Below, piece after piece: positions 1 through 8,862 of a stretch of 64,000 nucleotides of DNA; the first letter of the stretch is position 1, and every line of letters begins with the position of its first letter. Origin of the DNA: Alphaproteobacteria bacterium (GTDB lineage Bacteria > Pseudomonadota > Alphaproteobacteria > SMXQ01); NCBI GenBank assembly GCA_038145705.1, contig JAYQQF010000016.1, positions 6,675 through 70,674 on the forward strand. The letters run 5' to 3'. The translations under genes were made by a program, and so were the position numbers. Under the pieces are notes generated by a model that worked only from the letters and a program-made list of their open reading frames with translations, did no database searches and was not told the origin of the DNA.

Positions 1-210
1 CTTGTCGGAAACTTCGCCCACCGTGAAGCGCGGCAGATGATTGCCTGGGAACTGGGACAGTGCCGTCAGGCATTGGCTGTAGGGCGTGTCGTTGTTGCTT
101 ACGGGAAAGCTGAAGCTGGGGCGGACTCCGTCCTTCGGATAGGGAGTATTTGCGCATCCCGCCAAAACCAGCGTGACCGCCACCGTCGATATCAGGAGTC
201 TGGCTCGCAT
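1..210 (-). CDS. CsgG/HfaB-family lipoprotein (5' part only, runs off window edge)
   Basis: Manual translation: MRARLLISTVAVTLVLAGCANTPYPKDGVRPSFSFPVSNNDTPYSQCLTALSQFPGNHLPRFTVGEVSDK. Lipobox LAG-C, AGAGG RBS, and N-x-TPYS-x-CL...P-x-x-x-VG-x-V-x-DK pattern typical of HfaB/CsgG N-termini. Absent from ORF track. Confidence 0.72.
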   Translation of the reverse strand, partial: MRARLLISTVAVTLVLAGCANTPYPKDGVRPSFSFPVSNNDTPYSQCLTALSQFPGNHLPRFTVGEVSDK

Positions 211-771
211 AACGACCTCTCTACGCTTCGCGGTTTTTCTCTGATGCAGGGTCGGGCTCAATCCCGGCACCTGCATGAATTTCTTCGAGTATATTTGTTC
301 AGGCGGCGCTAAATACTAATAATAAGGCTAGTTTTTAAGTCCTCATGGCTATGCAATTACCACTTTTATTTATGAAACTGCCCATCTGTATTAGACAAAT
401 GGGTGAGATTGACCAATAAGGCTTGTGATCCGCGAATGTGGGTGATGCCGGTACGCGCCCTCAGTTGTGGCGAGTGATCCGCATAGACTGCGGGTCTGCG
501 CCCGTGTGACGCAGGCACAAATGCGGGGGAGGATCGGCGACTAATAAAGAAGGCAGGAACCGCCGATGTTCATCAGAAATGCGGCAAGCCGACATCGGCA
601 CATAAGAGCGTCGACCGATCCGCCGGCGACGGGGCTCGCGTTTTGCGCGATCGCCGCCGGCGGGCGATCAAGGGTGCCGGATAGGACTTGCGGCAGAGCA
701 GGCCCGGTCTCCCCGGCAATGAATCGCGCTCAGAAGCGGGCTCTTTGGCGGGCCGGCATGTGGATGCGGTC

Positions 772-1449
772 ATGAAAGCCGAACTGCCCGGGGAGCTGCA
801 GGATTCCGATCACAAAATCGCCCTTGTGGTCAGCGACGAGGAGTTGCGCGGGAGGCTGCTGGGACGTCTTCTGGCCGAAGGGCTGAACGTCATTGTGATT
901 CCGGCCACGCGACAGCACCTTCCTTCGGCGCAAACGATTGCCGTAGCGGATACCGTCATCATTTCTTTCGATGTGTTGAGTTATCTCTGGCGTGAGGATC
1001 CCGAGGCGCTCGAACTGGCCCATGAGCGACGCCGGTTTATCCTTCTGCTGGAAAATGCGCGATTGCGCGATGCAATGCCGCTTATGAATGTTGTCGATGG
1101 CCTCGTTTTTTCCGACATCAACTTGGAAAATATAAGAGACATCATCGACCTTGCGGCAAACGGCCATTGCCTGTTTCCGGCGGGAATATTGCCGGTCTTG
1201 CTCGACGACTGGGTGCGTATCGGGGCGGCGGAAAGTCTTTCCGATTTGGAATATACGGTTTTGCAGGAGATCGCGGTCGGCCGGACAAACCTTGACATAG
1301 CGGACCAGCTTGGCCTCTCCGAGTCGACCGTCAAGACATTGGTGCGGAACATTCTTTCGAAGCTGCGTCTGAGCAACCGCACCGAAGCTGCGGTTTATGC
1401 GGTGCGTAAACGGCTTTTAGGCCGTCGCCGGCGGGTGGACGGCGGTTGA
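772..1449 (+). CDS. LuxR-family transcriptional regulator with degenerate receiver-like N-terminus
   Basis: C-terminal LSDLEYTVLQEIAVGRTNLDIADQLGLSESTVKTLVRNILSKL...NRTEAA is a LuxR HTH. ATG 772 chosen over 688. Confidence 0.85.
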   Translation: MKAELPGELQDSDHKIALVVSDEELRGRLLGRLLAEGLNVIVIPATRQHLPSAQTIAVADTVIISFDVLSYLWREDPEALELAHERRRFILLLENARLRDAMPLMNVVDGLVFSDINLENIRDIIDLAANGHCLFPAGILPVLLDDWVRIGAAESLSDLEYTVLQEIAVGRTNLDIADQLGLSESTVKTLVRNILSKLRLSNRTEAAVYAVRKRLLGRRRRVDGG

Positions 1450-1642
1450 AAGGCGATGCGTCAATTAAGTGGTAAAGGGGCGATGAAAGGCGGCCCGGGG
1501 TGACGAATAAGACTTAACTTTGTAACAGATTAAAGCGGGGGACCTGAAACAGTGGTGTTTTATTCGATGTCGTCTGGCCCCCGGGTGTCGCCAGGCATGG
1601 ATTGGGGCGTCGGCAGTCAGCGGAAGCCCAAGGAGGTCGGTA

Positions 1643-2167
1643 ATGACGAGAATTTCGATTTTCATTCTGGCATTGGTCTCTGTGACCGTCATGAGCGGTG
1701 ACGCATTTGCGCAGATGTCCAATAGTCCTTATTCCTTCAGTACCCGGGGCAATGCCGGGCAGCCGGTCACGGGCAGCACGCCCTTTCAGTTCAGGAACCG
1801 CGGCGCCGGCAGCGACGTCGGCATGAGCCCGGGCTATCGCCAGGCAATCATCGATGCCGAGATCAATAACAATCGCCCGGATACTCTCGTACGCGACGGC
1901 GGCGGATTCCTGGTTTCGGTCATACGACGCGATGGTCAGGCCTTTCTCCTCCAGCAGGCGCAGCCGTTTCTTGTCGGTGGCGGCAGCAGCGTCGGCAGCG
2001 GCGGGTTCTATGTAGGCTACGGTGGAGTCAGCGTCAGCATCTGGACGTCGATGGCATCAAGCGGCCTGCCCGGAATGGTCTTGGCGAGTTATGCGGGAGC
2101 CGGGCCGAGCACGCCTCTCTCGCGTCCATCGCCGATCGACGCTTGGGTGGCGCAGCTCGACATGTAG
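1643..2167 (+). CDS. Secreted Gly/Ser-rich hypothetical protein
   Basis: AGGAGG RBS; signal peptide ending AFA-Q; low-complexity G/S-rich C-terminal half. Confidence 0.8.
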   Translation: MTRISIFILALVSVTVMSGDAFAQMSNSPYSFSTRGNAGQPVTGSTPFQFRNRGAGSDVGMSPGYRQAIIDAEINNNRPDTLVRDGGGFLVSVIRRDGQAFLLQQAQPFLVGGGSSVGSGGFYVGYGGVSVSIWTSMASSGLPGMVLASYAGAGPSTPLSRPSPIDAWVAQLDM

Positions 2168-2284
2168 CGATCTTGCTGTCTCGCGGCGGCCTGCTGCTTT
2201 CAGCCGCTGGATGGCGCTCGGCGAAAGGATCCCGATTTCCTCTCGCTTAAGTCGGCCGCCGCCGCCATTCAACCGGAGTGTGTC

Positions 2285-2869
2285 ATGCGATTTAACCATG
2301 TCACCCCATTTGCATTGGTTTTCCTGCTTGCGGCGAAGATCTCCTGTGCTGGTGCGGAAACCTATGCCTGGCAATCCCGGAGCTACGCCAATGGGCAGTT
2401 TGCTGCCCTCATGTCGGGGCGGGAAATTCTTGTCGTCTTGCAGGGCAACCCTTTTCATGTCAGCCGGCGGGTGGTGGAAAGTGCCGTGGTCGACGCCATG
2501 CAGAACGCGCTGCCCTATATCCATGCCCGTTTCACCGCCAGTTCGATCACCGACGCCATACGGAGGTTCAAGGTCGTCCTGATCCTCAACGGTCCGCAAG
2601 CCGCCGAATTCGAGGATATCTGCGAAGGGCGGAAACGGTTCCATGCGGCCCCTGTCCGATCGCGGCTTGATGCGTTTGCCGTGCTTTGTCGCGGTGGGAC
2701 GGCGATCTCCATGGTCACGGCCAGCGCCATGGGAATCGAATCCTCCGGAGATGCGAAGTTCGCCGAACTGATTTCGACTGTATCGCGAGGGCTTTTGCCG
2801 CACGTCAGTTCCTCCCCTCGGGAGCCGGATGCATCCGTTCTGGCCCCGGAGCTGGGCGTGGCACGATGA
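2285..2869 (+). CDS. Secreted hypothetical protein
   Basis: GGAG RBS, N-terminal signal peptide (AGA-E), GNPF motif and two Cys in mature part. Confidence 0.7.
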   Translation: MRFNHVTPFALVFLLAAKISCAGAETYAWQSRSYANGQFAALMSGREILVVLQGNPFHVSRRVVESAVVDAMQNALPYIHARFTASSITDAIRRFKVVLILNGPQAAEFEDICEGRKRFHAAPVRSRLDAFAVLCRGGTAISMVTASAMGIESSGDAKFAELISTVSRGLLPHVSSSPREPDASVLAPELGVAR

Positions 2870-2923
2870 TGACGCAACACCACTTGCGAGGATGGATCGT
2901 TCAACTTGACGGGATAAAGTCAC

Positions 2924-3112
2924 ATGGAAGACGTATTTGAAATCAGCGTGCGCGAATACATCAAGCAGATCGAAACCGAACGGGGCAAACTTGAGCGCGA
3001 GTTGATGCGCATAGAAGGCCGCCTTTCGGGCCTGAAGAATGCCCTTGATATGTACAGCCGGCAGCAGATTCCGGTTTCCGGCGAATATCAAGCGGAGAAG
3101 AGCCGTCTTTGA
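2924..3112 (+). CDS. Small coiled-coil hypothetical protein
   Basis: 62 aa, heptad-like charged helix (YIKQIETERGKLERELMRIEGRLSGLKNAL). Confidence 0.55.
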   Translation: MEDVFEISVREYIKQIETERGKLERELMRIEGRLSGLKNALDMYSRQQIPVSGEYQAEKSRL

Positions 3113-3128
3113 GCTCCCGCATCTGGCG

Positions 3129-4127
3129 CTATCGGTTGCGCATGTGGTTGATGATGCCGTTCAATTCGCGCGTATAGTCCCGTATCTCGCGCCGGATCTT
3201 GGCAAGGCCCTGACGGGCCAGGGCCGTCTCGACGGCGAGTTCCTTGATGTCCTTCAGAAGCGCAGTTTTCTGCAGGTGCAGCGCGGCGATTTCGCGCGTC
3301 AGCCCTGCCGGTGGCGGCGTGGCATCCGTTCCGGCCTCGGCGATCCGGAGCTTCAGTTCTTCATGCCGTCGCATCAGCTGCGCGACTTCCGCCCGTATCG
3401 CCTCCCGTTGCTTTGCAAGTTTCTCATGATCGCGCTTGAGGGCATCGAGCGCGTTTCGCTCTGCTGCCTCCTGTGCGGCAATCTCGTCACGGGTGGCTTG
3501 ATGCCGGTCCAATTGGGTGAGGAGGCTCTCAAGCCCGGATTGGGTGCGGGCGCGCTGCAGCTTCAGCGAGTGGATTTCGCTTTTTACGGATTTGACGCGC
3601 TGGCGGAGTTCGCGGTTGGAATCCTCAAGTGCGATCATTTCCAGCCATTGGCGCTGGCTCTCGGCATAATCGGGGGCCAGGCGGTAGGCGGTGGCGACCG
3701 TAGCGGCCGCGGCAGCGGCTGTGTCGGTCGCAGCCCTTCGGGTTAGCGCATGCATCGTCCACGGCGCCGTGAAAAGTGCCAGCAAACCTGCAAGGACAAC
3801 AACAATCAGGATGAACTGAAATGTCAGTGTGCCGCAGTTGGATGCGGCTTGGTGCGTGAACTGCGCAGCCTTCGCGGCACGCGAGACGACCCGCAGAGAC
3901 CCGCGCAGGCTAAATTGAATCAGGTTCAACAGCCAGATCCTGCGTTCCAGTTTCTGTTGCTGTTTCTTGAGGCTCCCGGTTTCCCGTTCCACAATCGCCT
4001 CGAAAGTATCTTTCATGTCCAGCTTGGCTCGGCTTTGGGTCAAAAAGGACTGATGGACACGAAGCTCCTCTTTTACCCGACCGTCGGCCCGCAGTGTGTC
4101 GTGCAGATGGCGTAACGCACTGCCCAT
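3129..4127 (-). CDS. Membrane-anchored coiled-coil hypothetical protein
   Basis: Hydrophobic segment FILIVVVLAGLLALFTAPW followed by a long coiled coil. Start may be 4016. Confidence 0.7.
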   Translation of the reverse strand: MGSALRHLHDTLRADGRVKEELRVHQSFLTQSRAKLDMKDTFEAIVERETGSLKKQQQKLERRIWLLNLIQFSLRGSLRVVSRAAKAAQFTHQAASNCGTLTFQFILIVVVLAGLLALFTAPWTMHALTRRAATDTAAAAAATVATAYRLAPDYAESQRQWLEMIALEDSNRELRQRVKSVKSEIHSLKLQRARTQSGLESLLTQLDRHQATRDEIAAQEAAERNALDALKRDHEKLAKQREAIRAEVAQLMRRHEELKLRIAEAGTDATPPPAGLTREIAALHLQKTALLKDIKELAVETALARQGLAKIRREIRDYTRELNGIINHMRNR

Positions 4128-4241
4128 TCGGCTAGTGCGAAGTTTCGTCGAGGCGATGGCGTGGCGAGGGGACTACCCCTATCGGCCAAGCAACTACCAC
4201 ACAAGATCGTTTGATTTAGGACACTTTGAGATAGCAGCATT

Positions 4242-4997
4242 GTGCCTGGTCCTATCGTCTTCCGGATAAGGGGAACCCCTGAAGTGTCGACGTCAGCACT
4301 CACAATCCGAGGCCCCGAAGCATCTCCCACCCTGGGGGCACTTGCCCGCACATTGCGTCATGGAACGAGCGTCTGCTTGGCGCCGCGACAAGAGCTTTTC
4401 ATCGAGGGGGGTACGGCGCGGCACATCTACATTCTGGAAAGCGGGGCCATGGAGGCTTACAAAAGCCTCGCGGACGGCCGGCGGCAGATTGTAAGTTTTT
4501 TCTATCCTGGCGACATGGTCGGGCTTCCCTACGTCGATGCCCACCGCTACAGCGCATGCGCCCTCGACCACGCACTGTTGTGGCGGGTTTCCCGCCATGA
4601 ACTGGAGTTGCGGGCCCTTGCGGATTGTGGACTCCAAAGCTGGATCATCAACAACATTACCCGGAGCCTGATGGCGTCCCTGGACAGCCTGCTCGCGCTG
4701 GGGCGAAAGGCCGCCGACGAGCGTGTCGCCCATTTCATTCTCGAGCTGTCACGCGGTGCCGCCGAACGGGGGCTTTGTGACAATCCGGTCATCCTTCCGG
4801 CGAACCAGGTCCATATTGCGGATTACCTCGGTCTCACCAATCAGACGGTATGCAAGGCTCTGGGAAGATTGAGGCGGGCAGGAATTTGCAGGTTGATGCG
4901 CAGCAACCGCATCTGGATATCGGACCGCTCTCGTCTCGAAAAAATTGCCGAAGGAAACCAGAAAGCAAGCGGTGCTTGGAAAGGATCGAGGGGCTGA
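4242..4997 (+). CDS. Crp/Fnr-family transcriptional regulator
   Basis: cNMP-like domain (LADGRRQIVSFFYPGDMVG), LGRKAADERVAHF helix, HTH IADYLGLT. Confidence 0.9.
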   Translation: MPGPIVFRIRGTPEVSTSALTIRGPEASPTLGALARTLRHGTSVCLAPRQELFIEGGTARHIYILESGAMEAYKSLADGRRQIVSFFYPGDMVGLPYVDAHRYSACALDHALLWRVSRHELELRALADCGLQSWIINNITRSLMASLDSLLALGRKAADERVAHFILELSRGAAERGLCDNPVILPANQVHIADYLGLTNQTVCKALGRLRRAGICRLMRSNRIWISDRSRLEKIAEGNQKASGAWKGSRG

Positions 4998-5001
4998 AGC
5001 A

Positions 5002-6126
5002 ATGCGCACGGGGCTCCGTTTCGCGCTTGCCGCACTGTTTGCCGTCATGCTGACCGGCAGGGAAGGAATTGTCGCCGCCCAGGTTCCAGTGGACCAGACA
5101 GTGTCGCCGCCGGCATCTGGATCCTCGCAAGCAGATAAGAGTCCTGCGGACTCCGCCTCCAGTGCTGTTCGGGAATGCGATCGTCTGGCCGCGCATCCTG
5201 ATGATCCCGGCCGCATGATGGCGGGGGTTCCCTGGGAAAAACTGGACGGACAGCGGGCGGTGGCGGCCTGTAGCGTCGCAACGGATCGACGTCCGAAAAG
5301 CGCCCGGCTGCAGTTCGAATTCGGCCGCTCCCTCAACAAGATCGCACAGTACCAGGATGCGATGAGCTGGTACCGCAAGGCGGCAGAGCAAGGATACGCT
5401 GCGGCACAGACCAACCTCGGCTTGATGTACTCAAACGGACAGGGCGCGGCACGGAATCCGGAGATGGCGCGCCAATGGATCGCACAGGCCGCAGCCCAGA
5501 GCTACCCGCCTGCTCTGAATGCCATGGGCGTGATCTACATGTCCGGGATCGGTGTTGGGAAAGACGATGGCCAGGCCCTGGCATGGTTCCTCAGGGCTTC
5601 CACGACCGGTTATGCCCCAGCCAAGAAGAATTTGGGCCTGCTTTACGAATTGGGCCGTGGCGTTGACCGCGATCTCTATGAAGCAGCGCGCCTTTATGGC
5701 GAAGCCGCTCAGCACGGGCACGAGGAAGCGCAGGGGCGACTAGCCCATGTGGCGTTCCGGATCGGCCTGGAACTCGAACGTGGCCTCCCGGGTCCGACGC
5801 CAGCGGCTCCCCCGGGCTCCGGTGCAGTCAAGGCGGCGCCCCCCGACTATGCCCCCGCCGCCCACTGGTACCAGCGGGCGGCCGATGCGGGCAGTGCCGA
5901 TGCCCAGTTCAGCATGGGGTGCCTCTACGAGCGCGGGCTCGGCGTGCCGAAGGATCTGGTCAGGGCCTATGCGGCATATCTTGTAGCGGAACGCGATGGC
6001 CGCGACGAGATACGGGAAGCGGCAACGGTCCGGCGACGGAAGCTGTTAAGCGAAATGTGGCCTGTGCAGGTCTTTTCCGCCCTTGATCTGTTCGACCAGT
6101 GGGAAGAACGGTCGCGTTCGAACTGA
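5002..6126 (+). CDS. Secreted Sel1-repeat (SLR) protein
   Basis: Signal peptide; repeats WYRKAAEQGYAAAQTNLGLMY, AQFSMGCLYERGLGVPKD; N-terminal CDRLAAHPDD motif. Confidence 0.9.
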   Translation: MRTGLRFALAALFAVMLTGREGIVAAQVPVDQTVSPPASGSSQADKSPADSASSAVRECDRLAAHPDDPGRMMAGVPWEKLDGQRAVAACSVATDRRPKSARLQFEFGRSLNKIAQYQDAMSWYRKAAEQGYAAAQTNLGLMYSNGQGAARNPEMARQWIAQAAAQSYPPALNAMGVIYMSGIGVGKDDGQALAWFLRASTTGYAPAKKNLGLLYELGRGVDRDLYEAARLYGEAAQHGHEEAQGRLAHVAFRIGLELERGLPGPTPAAPPGSGAVKAAPPDYAPAAHWYQRAADAGSADAQFSMGCLYERGLGVPKDLVRAYAAYLVAERDGRDEIREAATVRRRKLLSEMWPVQVFSALDLFDQWEERSRSN

Positions 6127-6384
6127 TACGGCCCGGCGCATTGTCGCTCAAGACTCGTCAGTTACATCGCAGCGATATCATGCGCAGTTTTGAGTCGTCG
6201 CCAATCGGGCTTAATCCTGATGGGCAGAAAATTGGTCCCTATGGGCAATATACCTGCGGACGTGAGAGCGTTACATTCGAACTCTTAAGTGTAGCAACTT
6301 GAAAAGACAGGCTAGTGCCTTGGCGGGCGATCGCACAGAAGACGGATGAACAAAAGTCGCAGACGTGAGCGGGAGGGCTAATTC

Positions 6385-7125
6385 ATGTCGACAAAATATT
6401 CGACACTTGTGATTGACCCAAGCAGGTTGTTCCGGGAGGGGCTCAAGCGGCTCTTGGCGGAAGCTTCTTACGAGATTATCGCAGAAGCGACAAATATAGA
6501 TGAAGCGCTCAATCTCATCCGTGATGGTTTGGAAATCGATCTTCTGGTTGGCGATTTCGATGGCGAGGAACTGCCTGATGCCAACTGTATCCGCATGCTG
6601 CGTGAAGTGCTGTCGGAATCCAAAATCGTTGTCCTCACGTCCCGGCTTGCTTCTTCCCGTCTGGCGGAAAGCCTAAATGCTGGCGCGGACGGCTATCTCC
6701 TGAAGGAAATATCCGCGCAGGCGCTCGAGCGTTCCCTGGAGCTGGTTATGGTGGGCGAAACGGTGTTTCCCACCTGTCTCGCCAAGCTTCTCGTCAATGG
6801 ACAGTTTTCTTCCTATCAGCGGCAGATGGCAATCCCGGCCTCGTCAACTTCGGCCGATCTGTCGGAGCGGGAGACGCAGATTCTCGGCTGCCTCGTCAAT
6901 GGGGATCCCAACAAGGTCATCGCACGCTGTCTCCATATCAGCGAGGCCACGGTCAAAGTTCACCTGAAGAGCCTGCTCAAAAAAATTCGTGCGGCCAATC
7001 GCACCCAAGCCGCGGTGTGGGCGCTCAATAATCGTCTGCCTGTTGAGCACAACGGCGAATCGCCTTATGCGGGAAAAAGGCGGACGGAGTCCGTGCCAAC
7101 ACCTGCCATGAGGCGAATGGCGTAA
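6385..7125 (+). CDS. NarL/LuxR-family response regulator
   Basis: Receiver domain (LFREGL, DLLVGD, VVLT, AGADGYLLK) plus LuxR HTH (LSERETQIL...NKVIA...TVKVH). Confidence 0.93.
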   Translation: MSTKYSTLVIDPSRLFREGLKRLLAEASYEIIAEATNIDEALNLIRDGLEIDLLVGDFDGEELPDANCIRMLREVLSESKIVVLTSRLASSRLAESLNAGADGYLLKEISAQALERSLELVMVGETVFPTCLAKLLVNGQFSSYQRQMAIPASSTSADLSERETQILGCLVNGDPNKVIARCLHISEATVKVHLKSLLKKIRAANRTQAAVWALNNRLPVEHNGESPYAGKRRTESVPTPAMRRMA

Positions 7126-7285
7126 GCGATCGCGCCGTGACTCTCTCGCAAGCGCGCTGTGTGGTCGTGACGCCCCGACGTTCTGGGGCTGCTTGATGTT
7201 CTCAATCTCGCCTTGCTTGTGGTTTTTTCGTCCTCAGCGGCACAAATTTCTGCTGATGCGCGGAACATCCTCCTGATACTATCTG

Positions 7286-7361
7286 AAAAATTCGCCGTAT
7301 TTTCGCTGTTATCGGGGAGTTTCGCCGGAGAGCGGTTTGCCTTGGACTGGCAGCACCGCCA
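7286..7361. other. Degenerate mobile-element terminus / att-like motif
   Basis: AAAATTCGCCGTATTTTCGCTGTTATCGGGGAGTTT followed by a tRNA-3'-like tail ending ACCGCCA; lies at a composition boundary. Recognised from recollection only. Confidence 0.4.
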
Positions 7362-7400
7362 CTTCCCTCACGCCCATGTGCCCGGATGGGTAAAACGGCT

Positions 7401-7937
7401 TCAGACCGGTCCTGTGTACTCCCCCCGCGCCGGGTAGTTCTTCGAGATCACGAAATCCAGTATCCCGACGAGTTCCGAGAAGTGCGGCCGCACGAAGGGC
7501 ATCGTCTGGACAGAGCCGTAGTACAGGTTCTGTTCGCGTGTGACCATGAACAGGCCGGGTTCAGGGAACAGGGCGGGTTCCTCGATCCCGATCGAGGTTA
7601 ATCCCCGCGAGGTCGAGATATAGAGTCCCCACTCCCGAGCCTTCGAAAGCGGCAGGTCATAGGCAAATCTCAGCGTATCCGCCCCGATCTTCTCCGCCAT
7701 GCTTCGGGCGCGCTCCTCGCCGTCGGCGCTGATCGCAATGGTGCCGACACCGCGCGCCGCGAAATCGCCGACGCGCTTCTGGAACTCGGTCAGGTAGGTC
7801 GCGCAGATCGGGCAGTGAAGTCCGCGGTAGAAGCAGATGACTGTGCCGTGCTCGGAAGTCTCGGTGGACAGGTCGAACGTGCCATGATCGAGCGTCGGCA
7901 GCTTCAGGTCGGGAGTTTTACGGCGTGGCAGAAGCAT
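7401..7937 (-). CDS. AhpC/TSA peroxiredoxin-like protein
   Basis: YRGLHCPIC thioredoxin-fold motif; C-terminal MPFVRP...YPARG. Confidence 0.9.
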   Translation of the reverse strand: MLLPRRKTPDLKLPTLDHGTFDLSTETSEHGTVICFYRGLHCPICATYLTEFQKRVGDFAARGVGTIAISADGEERARSMAEKIGADTLRFAYDLPLSKAREWGLYISTSRGLTSIGIEEPALFPEPGLFMVTREQNLYYGSVQTMPFVRPHFSELVGILDFVISKNYPARGEYTGPV

Positions 7938-8028
7938 TGGGGGGAGCCTTTTCTGCTTTGATGGTTGTACGGCAAGGATATCGGACCTAATGTCGATAAA
8001 ATCCGAAAAAGCAGACTAAAACACCGAT

Positions 8029-8781
8029 ATGGAACGCTTCGACAGGCTGACGACGCTGATCGACCGCTTCAAGCTGGCGGTGTCGCCCGCCCCGCTGGAG
8101 CGGGCCACCCTTGTCGTCCTCTGCGCCCAGGACGGAACGCCCGAACGCGCGTTGCTCCGTAGCCGAGGGGTCGGGTTCGACCCGGCCGGCAGGCAGGTGC
8201 TCTTTTCCGCCAGGGTCGATTGGAGTGGTCAGCAGAACCCGCTGTTCACTGCGCTTCCCGAAACAGTCGATATCGACCTGTCCGGAGACGCGGACAGCAT
8301 CGGCCTGATCCGGGTGATGCAGTCGGAGATCGCCGGGCAGCGATGCGGCGTCGATTCGGTGCTCAGCCGGCTCGGCGAGGTTCTCATCGTGCGCATGCTG
8401 AGGGCGCAGATCGAAGCCGGCTCGACGCAGCCCGGCCTGCTCGCAGGTCTGTCCAACTCAAAGCTGAGCCGGGCCATCGTGGCCATGCATGGCCGGCCGG
8501 GACGGGCCTGGCGCAACGAGGAACTGGCGCAGATCGCCGGGATGTCGCTCAGCCACTTTGCGGAGATCTTCGTCGCCCAGGTCGGCGAGCCGCCCGCGGC
8601 ATATCTTCGACGTTGGCGGCTGACGCTGGCGCGGCAGGACGTCAGCAGGGGCGACAGGGTGGATGTCGTTGCGCGGCGCTATGGCTTCTCTTCTTCGGAA
8701 GGGTTCACGCGCGCTTTCAAAAGGCACTACGGCGTAACGCCCATCGCGCTGCGCCACGGCGGCTCCTCCCGGGGCCGTTAA
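8029..8781 (+). CDS. AraC-family transcriptional regulator
   Basis: C-terminal double HTH (LAQIAGMSLSHF...YLRRWRL...GFSSSEGFTRAFKR); divergent from the redoxin gene. Confidence 0.92.
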   Translation: MERFDRLTTLIDRFKLAVSPAPLERATLVVLCAQDGTPERALLRSRGVGFDPAGRQVLFSARVDWSGQQNPLFTALPETVDIDLSGDADSIGLIRVMQSEIAGQRCGVDSVLSRLGEVLIVRMLRAQIEAGSTQPGLLAGLSNSKLSRAIVAMHGRPGRAWRNEELAQIAGMSLSHFAEIFVAQVGEPPAAYLRRWRLTLARQDVSRGDRVDVVARRYGFSSSEGFTRAFKRHYGVTPIALRHGGSSRGR

Positions 8782-8862
8782 CAACTGTCCCGATTTTCGG
8801 AAAGATCGTTTATGGTCAGCCGAAACCGGCGAAGCCTCATTCAGGCAGGGAGATCAGAGTTC

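Noticed and set aside
37-312. Plus-strand 91-aa ORF
   Set aside because: Shadow of the minus-strand lipoprotein gene, which has a lipobox and RBS.
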